Origin: Peribolospora baueri
Lineage: Eukaryota
Direction: 5' to 3'
Assembly: GCA_029717555.1 (NCBI GenBank)
Contig: JAMDHS010000043.1
Location: 1-64,000 of the forward strand
Length of the DNA: 64,000 nucleotides
Shown: piece after piece, positions 1 through 10,700 of the stretch
Position numbering within the stretch: position 1 is the first letter of the stretch
Layout of the letters: each line of letters begins with the position of its first letter
Program-made: the position numbers and the translations under genes
Notes under the pieces: model-generated
What the model was told of the DNA's origin: nothing
Database searches by the model: none
What the model saw: only the letters and a program-made list of their open reading frames with translations

Positions 1-365
1 TTTTTCCAAAGGCGGGGAGAAAATAAAGATGTGAGGTAGAGCATGGACAGCGGCGGGGAGAAGGCGAAAGAGGGCTCACGAATGGTCATGCTCTTCCAGT
101 TGGTCGCGCCGCTCGTGTCGGCGTTCCACTGGATGGGGCACTTGGTGCCGACGTTGTACACGCCGGACGCGTCGGGCACGGTGGGCACGACGCCGGCGGA
201 GGGCGAGGGCTGACCGGCGGAAGGGCCAGCGCTGGCGCTGGGGCCGGTGGAGGGCTGCGCGCGGGGGTGATGCGGGTTGTGCGGGGCGATGGCGGCGGAG
301 GAGAAGGGGGCGAAGAGGAAGCCGATGAGGGCGAGGGCGGTGGCTGTGGTGGAAAGGGAGGGCAT
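1..365 (-). CDS. Secreted Ser/Thr/Pro-rich cell-wall protein, Kre9/Knh1-like (GPI-anchored family) N-terminus; 5' part only, runs off the window
   Basis: ATG at 365 (frame not in the ORF track) gives MPSLSTTATALALIGFLFAPFSSAAIAP (signal peptide) then GVVPTVPDASGVYNVGTKCPIQWNADTSGATNWKSMTI, which resembles the family start PT.P.....+.G..C.I.W..D....WK.M.I. GTGAG donor at 79, so exon 1 is 80-365. Confidence 0.75.
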   Translation of the reverse strand, partial: MPSLSTTATALALIGFLFAPFSSAAIAPHNPHHPRAQPSTGPSASAGPSAGQPSPSAGVVPTVPDASGVYNVGTKCPIQWNADTSGATNWKSMTIREPSFAFSPPLSMLYLTSLFSPRLWK

Positions 366-1235
366 TTTGGCAAAAGGGGAGGGGGGGATGGGGGGAGGAG
401 GGTAGAGGAGAAGGAATGGAGTGGAGATGAGGTGGTTATGAAGGGGAAGGGGAAGGGGATGGGAGGCAGTGTAGGTGGGGAGGAGGGGGAAGAGGCAGAA
501 GAGAGTGTGAGATGAACGAGCGTGGGGGAGCGAGGAAAGAAGGAAGGAGCCGGGAGGAGGAGTGGAATGGATCTTGGATGATGGATGGAGATGGAGGAAG
601 GAGATGATGGGAGATGGAAGATGGAAGGAAGAACGGAGGAAGGAGGCGTCAGTCAGTCAGCGCCGGTCCAACGACGACGCCGAGCCGAGCGAGGACGTGC
701 TCAGCTGAGCGCCACCAAGGTCAGCAGACCTCGGTCGACCTCACACGACGGCAAGACGCGATGTGACACCGCACTGCACTGCACTGCACCGCGCACAGGG
801 ACGAGAGAGAGGACAGGACGGGGTGCAAGACAAGGAAGAATATAAGAAGAGAGAAGAGGTTCATTCGTTCATTCGACGCACCACGTCACCCGTCAACGCG
901 CCGTCGCATCGCCGCTGGACGGCCGAAAGTGGGGGAGATGGGAGGAGAGGAAAGGGAGAGTATGGATTCTGTTATGTGGTCCACTCGGCTCTTCTCCTGC
1001 ACCTCCCTCCCGCCCAACTGACGACTAACCACGTATCCGACCGCATATGCCTCCATCCCACTTCAACGCCCCGCCCATCGCCTGCACCCGCTCGCTCCCG
1101 TCCGCCGTCCAGCGCGCGCAGTGGCCGGGGCCATGGCCGTGCTGCAGCGCCTTCATCACACACCGCGTAAACTGCAAGTTGCTGTACATGCACCGCAGAG
1201 TGTCTCAGCCTCTCCGCTCGCACACGTGTGACGAC

Positions 1236-1236
1236 C

Positions 1237-1275
<39 letters not shown>
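1236..1275. repeat. (ACAG)n tetranucleotide microsatellite, about 10 units
   Basis: cagacagacagac... read directly, just upstream of the ATG at 1321. Confidence 0.95.
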
Positions 1276-1276
<1 letters not shown>

Positions 1277-1320
1277 GGACGGGATGGCAGGCAAGGTTGA
1301 AGCCGCCCAGCCGTCCGACC

Positions 1321-2175
1321 ATGTACGGCAATTCTGCCTTTGGCAGCGCGTTTAATCAGCAGAATCAAGCTCAGCAACAGCAGCAGGCTGGCGGCGGTAT
1401 GTTCGGTAGCGGCGGCGGCGGTACGGCAGGCGCGTTTGGGTCGTCTGATAGGTCGTCTCGTCGTTGTATTTGTTTTTTCTATATGACGAGGCGAAAGGGA
1501 TCCGTGTGTTTCTCGTTCTCAGGTTTCGGGCAAACGTCTGCCTTCGGACAACAGTCGCCCAGAGGCCCAGGCATTTTCGGATCTGCGGCTCAGCCGCAAA
1601 CCACCGGCGGCTTCGGTAAGTAGCGCCGCGAAAGGGTGCTCCATGCGTTTGATCGTCACACGGTTATCCATCCACATCTGTTTTATCCATTCTTGTTTGC
1701 AGGCACGTTTGGCAGTAGCAATACCGACACGACTTCGGTTTTCGGCTCACAGCCTACCAATCCCACGTTTGGTACGAGCGGAGGGTTCGGCAGCTCAAGT
1801 GAGTCATTTACGTGTGGATGGATAACGAAAACACGTCAGCGATGGTGGCGCAATGATTCCTCTGCGGGCTCCTGACCTCCCTTGGCTAATTCTTTTGTCG
1901 ATTGTACCGCAGCCGCAACGTCGCAACGTGCCAGCGGTGGATTTGGAGCTTTTGCATGTGAGTTCGTCATTCGCCTTTTTCCGCCCTTTCCTGTCTGTGA
2001 TCGTCTTCCCCGACGATGGTATCCTCTTCATTTCTATCACTTACACCGTCATCTCCCTCTCATCTTTAACGCAGCGCAAGGCACCCAGTCCGGCTTTGGT
2101 TCTGCGACGAACACTGGTACCGACGCGTTTGGCTCCAAACCTCTCGTGGCGGCACCGTGTTTGGTGCCGGCCGGA
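1321..2175 (+). pseudogene. 5' fragment of an FG-repeat nucleoporin (Nup98/Nup189/Nup116-like), truncated after about five exons
   Basis: Spliced reading MYGNSAFGSAFNQQNQAQQQQQAGGGMFGS.../GFGQTSAFGQQ...GGFG/TFGSSNTDTTSVFGSQPTNPTFG.../ASGGFGAF/QGTQSGFGSATNTGTDAFGSKP with GTAAGT/GTGAGT...CAG introns (the first donor is weak). FG character ends at the hairpin 2146-2210; no GLEBS or autoproteolytic domain follows, and the frame stops at 2422-2424. Confidence 0.7.
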
Positions 2176-2210
2176 GGCCTTCCGGCCGGCACCAAACACG
2201 GTGCCGCCAC
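2146..2210. repeat. Perfect inverted repeat, 30-bp arms with 5-nt loop
   Basis: gtggcggcaccgtgtttggtgccggccgga (2146-2175), ggcct, tccggccggcaccaaacacggtgccgccac (2181-2210); the arms are exact reverse complements. Confidence 0.97.
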
Positions 2211-2235
2211 CACTACTGCGAGGTCTCTCGATGGG

Positions 2236-2242
2236 TATATAA
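2236..2242 (+). promoter_or_regulatory. Probable TATA box of the small secreted-protein gene
   Basis: TATATAA followed by a CT-rich stretch, about 210 bp upstream of ATG 2455. Confidence 0.55.
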
Positions 2243-2454
2243 GGGCCTCGCCTGCCGCCCACACCCTTCCTCTGAACTCCCAACCCCATTCTCGCACACT
2301 CCTCTTCATCGCCTTCTACCACCCTTATTCGCGCAGGACGCATTTGGTCCCCCTTTCGACTTTGTCACATTCCTTCCTTCCTCGTGCCGGTCACGTTTTT
2401 TATTCATTTTTGCCTTCTTTTTAAAGCACCCACCCTCGTTGCTCGATCTCGAAC

Positions 2455-2898
2455 ATGCAGCTCTCCAAGACGCTCATCCTCGCGATTTTCGTCGCCGGCA
2501 GCGCTTCCGCTTTGCCAGTGGGAACCTGGCCTCTCGCTCGCGACTTGTCGGCGCCTGAGGCCGCTCTTTACGAAAGAGCTTTCTTGGACGTGCGCGGCAT
2601 TGGTGTGAGTGATCGGTTTCTTGCCCGCCCTTTTACAGGAAAAAGTAGAGTTCCTCATTCTGTATGACGTTCTACGTCTCGCTAGCCGTCCAAGATGCAG
2701 CCGCCGCAGCCGAAGCCGGCGCCCGCTCCCGCGGCGCCCGCTCCCCCGACCAACTATGGTAAAAGTTATCTCTCAACCGACGGCCGGCAGATATATGGTG
2801 CGGCGCACGTACCAGGCGGCAACCGCTATGCGCAATATGTTCCCGACTCGCAAGCTGGCGTAGACCACAGCTTCAACATCCCTTACAAAGTATGGTGA
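2455..2898 (+). CDS. Small secreted protein, about 120 aa, Cys-free, with a pro-region and Pro-rich linker; unknown function
   Basis: Exon 1 2455-2604 MQLSKTLILAIFVAGSASALP (signal peptide)...LARDLSAPEAALYERAFLDVRGIG; phase-0 intron 2605-2685 (GTGAGT...CTAG); exon 2 2686-2898 is in frame: PSKMQPPQPKPAPAPAAPAPPTNYGKSYLSTDGRQIYG...NIPYKVW*. Confidence 0.8.
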
Positions 2899-3568
2899 AG
2901 CGCATGCCGACCCCGTCGAGGAAGAAGGACGTGTTCATCCCTCTTTCCCCTCGATGGCTGTGAGCCCTTTGAACTCGAGGCGTCATGTACGGTATTTCGG
3001 CCGGCTGGCCCTCTCGTATTCGTTCATTGTCTTGCGAACGCTGTTGTGTCGTTATGCCCGCGGTCGAGGTGATCGAGCGCGCGAGAGCTTTCGGCTATAA
3101 ACATGACTGCACGACTGAGGGCCGTACAGGGATAGGGTTCCCTCAATGAGTCTCGTTTACTCCTTGTTGATGCTTGACCCTTTGCCCAGGACAACCGCAC
3201 ACCGCATGGCCCTTTGACATCGACCGATACCAACGTACTATCGGCTCCAGTCTTGAAAACAATTGGGCACCCTCGACACCACATCAACGTGGTCGATACC
3301 GATAGCGTCTTTTCAAGATGCCAACACCTTTACAGCCGCAGCGAATGGTGGGCATCCTCGCGCGTTGATCTTCATGGCTCGAACAAGCGGTCATCGAGAT
3401 AACGAATCTAGATCATGCAGTAGTGCGCTACTCCTGAGGGAGCATGCATGGCCTTGCCAGGGCGGGTAGTGATTCCGAACATGTATTTGGTACGGCCCTA
3501 GCGCTGAGGCATGGTGGAAAAAATAGAAGGCCGCGACGGTGAGAGTAGAGCCGGTTCGAGCCACGTAG

Positions 3569-3769
3569 ACAGGGATCGAACCCTCTCCTGAGCCCTAACC
3601 TCTCCTGGGCCCTAACCTGGACGAGTTGGGCACTCGTTTCCCTACCATATCCGATGCGTACGACTTTGACCTTCGTCTCTCTGCCTTTCGCGCCGCTCGG
3701 GACATTGGTCTCGCCGACGACGCTCTCGCCGAAGGGACCTACGCGTGGGTCACCGGGCCTACGTACGAA
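3569..3769 (+). pseudogene. Isolated internal fragment of purine nucleoside phosphorylase (PNP)
   Basis: Encodes NPLLGPNLDELGTRFPTISDAYDFDLRLSAFRAARDIGLADDALAEGTYAWVTGPTYE, matching the PNP motifs NPL.GPN...G.RFP.+SDAYD and EG.Y....GP.YE. No start, no flanking PNP sequence, and a 17-bp tandem duplication at its 5' edge. Confidence 0.8.
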
Positions 3770-3989
3770 GTTGACCGAACGACAAACAACCTCCCGCGGA
3801 TACGGACGGACGGACGGACGGCGTCGTCGCACATGCCTCCTCCGGCTTGGTTCGCCGGCATGTTGGATCAAGTCACGAAATTTACTACGCGAAGAGAAGG
3901 GGGACGAGGACGAGGACGAGGACAGCAAGGACGAGATGAAGAAGAGGAAGAGGAAAACGAAAAGGAGGACGAGGCGAGACAAAGCGTCG

Positions 3990-4330
3990 GATGAAAGTCA
4001 TAGCCCGCCGTCGTCTCCTGTTCCCTACTGCGGCGATCCATCTCACGTGGCCGTCCGTGCTCATCGCGATCATCGCTCGCTGCGTGCGAACCGCCTCCCT
4101 GTCAATCGTCACGCTGTCAGTCAGTTAGTCGGCTTGAACGACCACCGAGCCGGCCTGGCCTCCGGCCCGGCGCCCAGCGCTGCCCCCCTTTCACTCGTTG
4201 GCCCTGCTTCTGATGCGCACCCACATGTCCTCGATCTTGTCCACGATCGTGCACTCGGTCCAGAACGCCACCTCGTCGCTCAACCGCCCCTCCGCACCTC
4301 TTCCGGGTCGTCAGGGGCGGTGCCCAAGGC
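3990..4330 (-). pseudogene. Possible decayed spliced gene fragment, resembling a final WD40 blade
   Basis: LSDEVAFWTECTIVDKIEDM / intron (~4224-4099, GTGGGT...CTGAC...CAG) / EAVRTQRAMIAMSTDGHVRWIAAVG; flanking frames are broken at G runs. Family assignment is tentative. Confidence 0.3.
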
Positions 4331-4688
4331 GTGGTGGTGGTGGTGGTGTCCGCGTCCGCCGTGCGCGGATGCGAGTCGGAAGACGAAGACAAAGATGACC
4401 GGCGTGGGACAAAATAATTTTCCCAAATCATGCCCAGGCGTGCGCGAAGAGCGGCAAGGCAATCACGGACAGTCACGACAAGGATCGCTGAGTTTAGCTC
4501 TCCGTGCGTCAGAAGTACGGCTGCAGATCAGGGACGAGGACGAGGGACACATGGGATCCCTGGGGAGCACGGGTCCTTCGTCTGAAACGCCTTGCTCATC
4601 CTCGGGGAGCTCGCTCGTCCGTTACTTGCGTGCGTGGAACCTCCATGAGAGAACGATATGCATGCCTGGTCCACCTATCGAGTCGACG

Positions 4689-7523
4689 TCAACTCGCTTC
4701 CTCCGACCTTTGCTTCTTCTTCTTCTTCCTCTTCGCGTCCTTGTCCCCCTCGCTCGCGTCTTGGACGCCGTTCGACACTCCCTCTGCAACGCCATCCCGC
4801 GAGCCATCCCCGCCTTCTCCGGCGGCGGTCATCTCCGCCACCTTCGCTTTCGCCCGCTCTCTCTCCTTCTTGCCCTTCCTCTTTTTCTTCGCAGCCCCCT
4901 CTCCTCCGTCTCCCACCTCCTCTACCTTGTCCCAAGCCCGCTTCTTCCCTTTCGCTGCGCCTTGCTCTCCCTCCTTCCCCCACTGACGATCCTTGATCGT
5001 CTCCCTCAAGTCCCTCAGCCGCTTACCAAAACCAGCCGCTTTTGCGCTCTGGCCCTTGTCCTTCCTGTATGGCGCTAGCTTGCGCAGACCCACGAGCTGA
5101 TTCAGCTCTGCGTCGTCAGCGAGAAGGATCTCGACCGCGGAGAGGCCGTAGTCCTCTTGTGCCGTCTTGGTGTATTTGAAGCGCGTCGGCATGTCGCCAA
5201 TCTGGGAGATGGAAAAGAAAGAAAATGGCGCCGAGTTAGATGGATCTTGCACGCATAGATAGGCCGACAATGACGAATTGGCTTACCATGTCTTCATAGT
5301 CGAGCTTGTAGTACTCGTCCAAGTACTCGTTCACTTTCTCCTTCCTCTCCTCAGCGGTCGTCGGCATGTCCCCTTCCATTCTCCCTGCCTTCTCCGCGTC
5401 CATCTCCTCTTCGTCCACACCATCTGCATTCACATCCTCCCCATCCACCGCCCCCTCGGCAGCCTTCTCCTGCGCCTTTTTGGCCGCCTTCTTGAGCCGC
5501 TTCTTCTCCTTCTTGCGCTCCTCCTTGCTCAGCTTGACACCTGATGCCCCGGCATATGCATCACCGCCAGGGAGAAAGTCGGCGTCCATGTTGATGTGTT
5601 CGTCCCCATCGCTTTGCGCCACACTGTTCGCTGGCTTCGTGGGCCCAACAAGGTTTGAGATGTCAACGTCGTCCACCCACGTTGGCTTCTCGTCGTCATC
5701 CTCCTCCCGGGCGTAGTACCCATCGTCGAACATCTCCTGCATCTGCTTATCGTGCGCTTCCGGATCAAAGTCGGTCTCGAGATCGACGTTCTCAAAGTCC
5801 ACATCTGCGCAGAAAGTCGATGCGATCTCTTGTCAAGACGTGCTCCTGAAACACGTACGCTCGCCCATCTCCATTGACTCACCATTGTTGCCCGTGAGCT
5901 CCTGAAGCTGTTTCAGCTTATCTAAGATCTCTTTCTTCTTCAAATTCTTCAACCTCTTAAGCTCCTCCATCTTCTGCATCTTCTCCGCCTCCTTGCGTTC
6001 CTTGCGCGCCTCGCGAGTGCGCTTTCGAGAATCGTCCTTGCGACGGACGGTGTTGGGAAGGTCACGAGCATAGGTCGAAACGGTGGCGGCATCGCTGTAA
6101 AAGCAAGATGAGAGAGGAATAACAAGCCGTCAGATTCCCTGCCTCTCTGCTCAATGCTTGTACGCCACATTCGCCTTCACTTACGGCTCCTGAAAACGAA
6201 AGTTGTACCGCGCCTCAAAGTCGTCCACCTTCTCATCATACTCGTCCTCCTCGTCGATCTCGTCCAATTTCTCCACCTCGCTTTCTTCCCCCTCGCCCTC
6301 CTGCGCATCTTCTTTGTCCGGAGAGGCGGACCGTTCCTTGATACGAGCGCGACGGTCACCAGTGATTTCGGCATAAGAAGGCACATGCTTCGCACTGTGG
6401 TCGACCCAGCCTCGATTAAGGACATAGCTGCAGAGGGAAAAAAAGAAAGTTAGCAATCGTGCAAAACATTCAAGTGGCAATGGCCGTGAACCGCAACGAG
6501 ACGGACGCACTTGAGTAAGAACTCGTTATCACGCTCCGCCTGCGCCTTCTGCTTCTCCTTTCCCTTTCCCTTTCCCTTATCGCTCTTCTTCTTTTTCTTC
6601 TCCTTCTTTCCCTCCTCGTTCTCCTCCGACACGTCTTCGCCTCCATTCCCCTCCTCAGGTGCTAGAAGCGGGTTTGGAGCCATTTTGAGCGCCTCTCTCA
6701 CGGCCGCCTCGTCCTCATCGCCCAACGTTTCCAAAAGAAACCTCTTATAATCCTCTTCCTCCGCTTTCACCTCCTCCTCCGGCTTGTCTCGCAACGTGAG
6801 CAGGTCGTCGTCCGAATCGTCCGCTCCGCCGTGAAACGCTCGCGTCACTTCCTCTCGGAGCGCTGCTTGCTCTTGAACATGCGTCCGTGGCTCTTGGGCG
6901 GATGCGCCATCGTCCTCTCCTAGTCCCCTGCCTTCCAATTTTAGCAGTTCCTCCATGTTACGTCGGTGGTAATCTCGAAGATGTAAAGGCTTCTCCTTTT
7001 TCTCCTTCCCTTGTGACGGCAACAGCTTTGTCGCTGATGAGCTGGCTTTTGCACGCTCGTCTGATGACACAGCGGTGGTATGAACACAGCAGTTTGGACT
7101 CAGACTTCAAGATAGACATCAGGAAAACAAGATAAGAAAGAACTCACCTTCGAATATTTTTACCTTTGCGTCGTAAATGGTCGGATCACCCTTCCGTATC
7201 CTGGCCAACGTGCGCAGGATAGCGGCGTCCACGTCGACCGTCAACTGCTCCCCCTCGTCATCCTCAGTCTCATCCGAAGAGGAACTTTCGTCTGACGGCT
7301 CATAATCTGATCCATACTTGTCTTTGACTGCGACGTGGACGAGGAGCGAAACGAAACCCTTCATTCAGTGTTTCCCAGGCTGACGCGTGGAGTGAGGATG
7401 GTCGGAAAGCTGCCCTCACTCACGCTTTGACAGCTCCTCGTGCTGCTTCTTCGCCCTGTACTTCTCGGCAAACTGCTTGTTGACGGTGAGCTCCGGGGTG
7501 TAGTCTCCCTGGAGAAGATCCAT
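4689..7523 (-). CDS. KRI1: KRI1 family 40S ribosome biogenesis protein, multi-exon
   Basis: ATG 7523 MDLLQGDYTPELTVNKQFAEKYRAKKQHEELSK; motifs VDAAILRTLARIRKGDPTIYD, YVLNRGWVD, FEARYNFRFQEP, FDPEAHDKQMQEMF, YYKLDYEDM/IGDMPTRFKY...YGLSAVEILLADDAELNQLVGLRKLAPYR; stop at 4689. Confidence 0.93.
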
Positions 7524-7759
7524 GGCGGACGGCTTACTGGAAGCTGAAAGGGTAGCAGGCTGCCTTCCAATCGACTTTTCCAGTCCGCCGCAAGCGAAGG
7601 GGTACGAGATGAAAGCTGCGGTAAAGCAATCGCTCTGAAAGACTGCGGCAACGCGGATTTTCTGGCTGGACATCCAACATATGCTGTTTCCGTGAACCTG
7701 ACGAGGACAGGCGAAACGTCAACCAACCCCCTCCAAGCCCGTCTTCGCTCGCATCAGCC
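7524..7759. promoter_or_regulatory. Compact bidirectional promoter between KRI1 and UTP20
   Basis: Only 236 bp separate the divergent start codons at 7523 (-) and 7760 (+). Confidence 0.7.
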
Positions 7760-10700
7760 ATGGCCAAGTTGCCGACCTTGGCAGCCCAGGCCAAGTCCAA
7801 GGCCAAGTCCAAGGGAAAGTCCAAGGCGAACGGACAGGGCTCCAAGATCGCATCTTCGACGTCTTCCGCTTCCAAGGCCAAAGGCAGGGCTGGCATCAAG
7901 CCCACGCCACTTGAAAAGGGGTTCAAGGTGAGTGGCCATGAGAATATGATACTATAAAGAGAAAGAGATGTTGAATTTGAAGCTTTTGCTTGCCTCTGCA
8001 CGCCACCGGCAGTATCGCTCCTTCAACGACCGAGTCTCCTCTATCCACATTGACATTACCCGTCGCCCGACAGCAAGTGCAACCACCGCCACGCTCAGTG
8101 GTCTGGCCGGCTCGACAGCAGAACTCACAGAAGAATCTCTGCAAGAGACTCACTTTGGCTCCTCTCTATCACAATGGCGCGAACTGAATCTGTCCGTGCC
8201 TTTCGTCGAGTTTGCGAGCACGGTCGCGCGTCTGGTGCGGAGCCTGCCTTTGCTGCTGCACCACAGGGAGGAAATCGTGAAGGAAATTGAGCTTCGTTTG
8301 ACGGCTGGGAAAGAGGCAGAACTGGCTCTTGAGCCTGTGCTGGAGTGAGTCGAGATCAGCGTGCCGCCTGCTCGGCCGCTTCATCCTCTTGGTCGTCCAG
8401 CTGACACCACGGTCACTCCTACCCCCAACCAGGCTCACCGCCCACCTTTCCCTCGATCTTTCAGACGAGTTCCTTCCATTCTACCCTCGCATTCTCTCCC
8501 ACGTACTTCGACTCTCCTTCGTCTACGCTCAAAATGCAGACATCCTTGAGAAGGCGTTCACTTGTGTCGCCTGGATCTTCAAGCATCTCAGTAAACAGCT
8601 CGTCTTCGGAGCTGAGGAGAGCGAAGGAAGAGGTTGGCTCATCGAGACGTGGAAGTTGATGTTGCCGTATTTGGGTGCGGTTGAAGAGCGCGACAAGCGC
8701 ACTATGGTGGTGGACGAAACGGGCTCCGAGAGCGGGGACGAGGAGGAAGGGGAGGAGTCTGAACACGACGAAGACGAGGGACCGGTGGAGCCAGAAGCGA
8801 GAGAGGATCAAAGCGAAGTGGATCATCCCATGGCACGTCCAGCCAGGGCAATTCCCAAGGACGTACCAAGCAGCAGGCCGCACATTCGTCGATTTGCCGC
8901 CGAAGCGTTCGCCTTCCTGATCCGCAAGACGAAGGGCCGTGAGCTGGAGCATATTTTCTCTGTCATGCTTTCGGATGTGGCAGAAAGGAGCGGAAGAAAG
9001 AACGACCTGGCGGAGAGCGTGGCCATGGTCATCTGCGAGGCCATTAAGTCCGTCGACCATCGGCTTCATTCTCGTGGGCCTGCCGTCCTCACTGCCTTTG
9101 TTCGAACCCCGTCGCCGGAGACGACGTCACGTCTCTTCGTTCTACGACTCGTCTTCACGGCATTGGTGCACCATTCGCGGGATGAGCATTTCGCCGAGGT
9201 GTTCGACGTCGTCGAGAATCTGGTGGACGAGAGGTTGGATGGCTTTCTGGCCGCTCCCGTCGGATCTCCAGAGCGTGCTCGAGCAACCGACGAGTTGGCA
9301 GAGTCGCTGGATTTGATGGGTGTGTGTGTCGGGGTGCGGAAGGGTAGCCGGATATCAGGTAAGCGTATCCCGACCTTGAATGCCTATTTTGTCTCGACGT
9401 ATGTTGACCATCAATGCCCTCTGCGTGATGTCCATTCCGCCCTCGACATGCCCCGACGTTCAACAGATGCCCAGAAGCCCCGCCTCTTCACCCTTCTGCT
9501 TCGACTCGCCCAGGACGACAAAGTCACAGACTGTCCGCTGCTGATGGACAAGCTCGTGGCACTGCTCGTGTTCTCGTTGCCGGTGGGACGTCTGGAGGAT
9601 TTGGTCGGGAAGGGTCTGACCATGATCGATGGCATCGCCTCCCGGCCCGGGTGCTTCGGCCATTTCGCTGCCCTCGTCACCACACTGGTTCAAGCGGGAT
9701 GGCCGGGCTTTAAGCAATATCTCTTACCCTCTCTGCTCAAGTGAGTTTGTTAACTGGCCCAATTGACATGGAGCTCCGAATGACGCATCCTGATCTGTCC
9801 ATGACATGTTGCAGGATCACTGGTGACCGGTGGAAGACTCATAGGCGAGCCGCCCTGGAGCTCCTTTCCACCCTGGCCGTCCACGGCGTTCTCTCAGACC
9901 TTCCAGTCAACCCTCATACCTCCCGATGGATGCAAATTGTTGGACAAAAGTTGACGGAGGAACTCGACGCTTTCCGAACATCAAGCGGCGGGAACAATTA
10001 TATTTCTCTGACGGAAGACGTTCTGCCCATGCTCGATATTGCCGCTCTGCTACCCAGCCATAGCAATACGCTCGCAAACCATCTTAGTGACATCATCAAC
10101 TACGTATCGAACTCTTGCCCTTCGGACGCCGAAGCTCGCGCAGCCTTTCAGGCCTCTCCGTCTAACCCGGCTTACATGGTAGGCCGTTGTCTCCTCACAC
10201 TCACAAAGCTCGCTCGCTCCGAGGCACAAAGGGCCAAGACTAGTCGGATGGGCAAGGAGGCCGAGCACGCAGCATCGAAAGTGTTGCAGCATGTGATGGG
10301 CGGCGTGGAGGCGTTGCTACGCAAGTTTGGATGGCACAGGACAGTCACAGACGCAGTCGCTCAAGCGGTTGCTGTCACCGCAGAAAGGTAAGTTATTGGA
10401 CAGGGCTTATGTGGTGACGACTTGCGCCTCATAAAGCCATTCGTACCCGTTTCAGGTCCATCCTCCCGCAAACTTTGCTTGCAGAAAACCTTTACGCTTT
10501 CCTTCAGGAGAACCTAATTTCCGAGGACTCCACGCTGAGGAGGTCCACCTTGCAGATCCTCCAGGCCTGCACACGAGAGCCGGTTGTTTCCAATGACGGA
10601 GAGACGATCAAAGACGATGTATTCGTTCGTTGTCTCGAAGTTGAGGAGACGGAGCTGAGCGTGCAGGCAGTCAGGGACCGCATCATGAGAATGCGGCGCG

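Noticed and set aside
3185..3330. Possible DIRS tyrosine-recombinase remnant (…IGSSLENNWAPST…)
   Set aside because: Only a vague resemblance over a few residues and no catalytic motifs.
3590..3620. CCCTAACC telomere-like repeats
   Set aside because: Explained by PNP codons (GPN) plus a local 17-bp duplication.
1150..4600. Helitron or TIR termini for the fragment island
   Set aside because: Several CTAG sites and small hairpins exist, but none forms a convincing terminus or TSD by eye.
3654..5078. 474-aa plus-strand ORF
   Set aside because: Runs across island debris and antisense to the last KRI1 exon; no coherent protein character.
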